From assembly GCA_964016885.1 (NCBI GenBank), contig OZ024751.1, forward strand, positions 49,414,001 to 49,478,000: a DNA stretch of 64,000 nucleotides, read 5' to 3'. Origin of the DNA: Eledone cirrhosa. Its lineage: Eukaryota. A program made the translations under genes and the position numbers. The notes beneath the pieces are model-generated. The model was not told the origin of the DNA and did not search any database. It saw only the letters and a program-made list of their open reading frames with translations. Positions 58,391 to 64,000 of the stretch are shown here, piece by piece (position 1 is the first letter of the stretch; every line of letters starts with the position of its first letter).

Positions 58391-58885
58391 GCTTCTCTGA
58401 TTTTTATTCCCTGTCCATCTATTCAACAATATATATATATATATATATCATCCTGGGACAAAAATATATATATATATATTGTTGCAATCTGGGTGGGTCA
58501 TGCTACCTAATATAAACACATGTACATATTGGATTTCACTTCAATTTATTGTGAGTTAGTTTCATAACCGGATGCGTATGTTTTTATTGACAGCATGACC
58601 CCCCCCCCCTCCTAATTATAAGAACATCTGTTTCAACATACGTTTTCGGATGAGAAAACTTGTATGCAGAAAGAAAAACGATGTATATACACACACAAAC
58701 ATATATATACATATATATATATTTATATATACATATATATATACACACACACACATATATATGTATATATATATATATATATATAGTAATAATAATAAAT
58801 GTGAAGACTAAAATCCGAAGAGGGCTCGATATGGAGATCCCGTTAAGGGTGAAAGCAGCGATTCTTTGCTTAAACTTTAATCTAT

Positions 58886-58941
<56 letters not shown>

Positions 58942-58948
<7 letters not shown>

Positions 58949-59371
58949 TAAACGGAATAGAAAATGCTGACAAATTGTTCACAGTTGAAAAATGGTTTAA
59001 TTAGGAATAAAAGAGTATTAGTGATTGTATGGGTTAGTATTCAGTTGTGGTTTTAAGTTTTTAAGTTTTTACCGGTTGCGCATTTCTAAATGCTTTTCAA
59101 AAATAATTTTGAGATAGAGTGTCCGTGCTGTTTGCTCTGATCTGACCAAACAGCACGGACACTCTATCTCAAAATTATTTTTGAAAAGCATTTAGAAATG
59201 CGCAACCGGTAAAAACTTAAAAACTTAAAACCACAACTGAATACTAACCCATACAATCACTAATACTCTTTTATTCCTAATTAAACCATTTTTCAACTGT
59301 GAACAATTTGTCAGCATTTTCTATTCCGTTTACCAATATATAATAACTTGTGTGTTACACCTCTATTCTTT

Positions 59372-59376
<5 letters not shown>
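58942..59376. mobile_element. Perfect fold-back cassette (arms ~193 bp, 12-bp spacer at 59135-59146)
   Basis: 58942-59134 is the reverse complement of 59147-59340. Confidence 0.85.
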
Positions 59377-59425
<49 letters not shown>

Positions 59426-60009
59426 CATATTCAAACGTATGTGTGGGGCGCGGGGGGGGGGTCGGGGGCCGGGATTATGTGTTCTCCAACTATTCTTCCA
59501 AGATACTCTGCAGATTTCGCTATTTCATGACACTGTAACATTATTTCTTCCGCCAATCTGTGAATTGCAATATTAAATAGAGATCAATGCCTACCCTCAT
59601 TTTCAAATATATATCTTATTTATTATAATTTTTTTTACACAGACTCGGGAAATAAGTATTCTCCTCAAGGTTATATAAATTTAAATGTAAATATATACAA
59701 AATATTTTATCTAAACCTACGTAAAATATTCATTTAGTGTGTGTAACTTTATATTATCAAATGAAACATGCTAGTACGCGCACACATATATATACATATA
59801 TTTGTTCAACCTACATATATATATATATTTATACATATATATATATGGTTATACTTTGGGAGGGTCATGTTGCCAATAAGAAACACACGCACCACACCAG
59901 TTGCTTTCACCCAAAGTATAACAATATCGGTTTCAACACACGTTTTCAGATACAGAATCTTGCTAAACAAATTCAGAAACGAAATATATATATATATATA
60001 TATATATAT

Positions 60010-60059
<50 letters not shown>

Positions 60060-60073
60060 ATACATATATCTAC

Positions 60074-60138
<65 letters not shown>

Positions 60139-60584
60139 TGTGTGTGTGTACTTATGGGTGTGTGTGGGTGTGTGTAGGTGTACGTTTATGTGCGGGTGGG
60201 AGGGTTAATTAATCAGTAGGCTTTGTTTTATTTCAATACTTCATTTTGCTTTTGTGTCTTTCAATATATATTTATATGTCTGAGTATGTTTGTATGTATA
60301 TATGTATGTATGTATGTATGTATGTGTGTGTGTTTATATGTATGTATACATCTATGTATGTGTCTATGTATATATATATATATATATGTGTGCATTCAGA
60401 AACACGAGCATCTTGCATTTTGTTTCTTGTGAGAGTTGATTACGATAAGATAAATCTATGATCGAGTTTTTAGAACACAATGTCTACAAAACGAGAAGAA
60501 TATTTCCCTCTACTTACAAACAAATCAGATTTGCAAAGTCAGTAAATTGAACGGAGAAATCATGACCAAAAAATATTCAGATAT

Positions 60585-62779
<2,195 letters not shown>

Positions 62780-63124
62780 TATACAGATATACGTGTATAT
62801 ATATATATATATATATACATATATATACAGATATACGTGTATATATATATACATATATACATGTATATATATACATATATACATGTATATATATATATAC
62901 ATATATACATGTATATATATATATACATATATACATGTATATATATATACATACACAAATACATGTATATATTTATGTATATATATATATATATACATAT
63001 ATGTAAAATTAAAATTTCATTTCTCGCCCTAGCATAGCTGATACATAAATTTAAGTATGAACACTTACGCATATATGTACATATATATATATATATATAT
63101 ATGTGTGTGTACGTGTGCATGGTT

Positions 63125-63225
<101 letters not shown>

Positions 63226-63231
63226 TACATG

Positions 63232-63324
<93 letters not shown>

Positions 63325-63599
63325 GCACATTAAAGCGTCCAATTAGTGTATATGTATATATGATCGCACATACTTGCTCGTGTACAGTTATGCATTATTA
63401 TGCATGTGTATGTAGTAAAATGTTACATGTTACTGCTCAGAATGTAGGTGTTTCCATATTCAAGCACAACTTGATGACTCTCGCGCCACAACGTGCAGCT
63501 TCAGCTATAATCAATAATGTTTATTCCCCGGAAGAAAAGCATTCTGTTTTGTTAATTAGATATAAACCGTTACCCAAACCCACTCCGATATTTTACCCA

Positions 63600-63631
<32 letters not shown>

Positions 63632-63820
63632 CTTATATAATTATGTATATTATGTACATACCGTCAAAACCAGCCGTATATTATATGTGTATATATACAC
63701 ATATATATATATATATGTATATATACAGCATATATATATTTATATATATATATACACAAGCACACATTCAATTTCCAAATGCACTCACATCCACATCCAC
63801 ATTAATATATCTCGTATATA

Positions 63821-63873
<53 letters not shown>

Positions 63874-64000
63874 TGTATGTATGTATGTATATTTTTGTAC
63901 GTATGTATGGTTGTGTCTATGTTCTCTGTGTTAAATCCCATGTTATTCTCTATCTATATTTGTATATCTGGTTTTCTCTGCTGTCTCCTCTTCTCTCTCT

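Noticed and set aside
59470-59555. Possible minus-strand exon (LAEEIMLQCHEIAKSAEYLGR)
   Set aside because: An acceptor-like site is present but there is no clear donor or recognisable homology.

Overview
AT-rich, repeat-saturated animal DNA with no recognisable host protein-coding gene. The SINE family and the (TA)n/(CA)n density suggest an octopod cephalopod (inference from recalled similarity). Nearly all listed ORFs are microsatellite translation artefacts. The real coding remnants are retroelements: one Naiad-type Penelope-like element (PLE; RT + GIY-YIG, ~42.0-47.0 kb), three tandem R4/Dong-type LINEs in (TAA)n (47.5-54.1 kb) and one CR1/L2-group LINE (60.6-62.7 kb). There are also SINEs and two MITEs. 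The main hidden signal is RNA structure. Many short unique islands between (TA)n tracts are inverted or partial-tandem cassettes carrying minimal type I hammerhead ribozymes (HHR), from more than a dozen sequence families. The most striking is a ~4-kb array at 26.5-30.5 kb of near-identical 310-bp monomers with 13 intact HHRs in two divergent arms. It looks like a retrozyme or circular-RNA element, and a diverged relative with covarying hairpins lies at 41.5-42.0 kb. All folds were done by eye and nothing was tested computationally.
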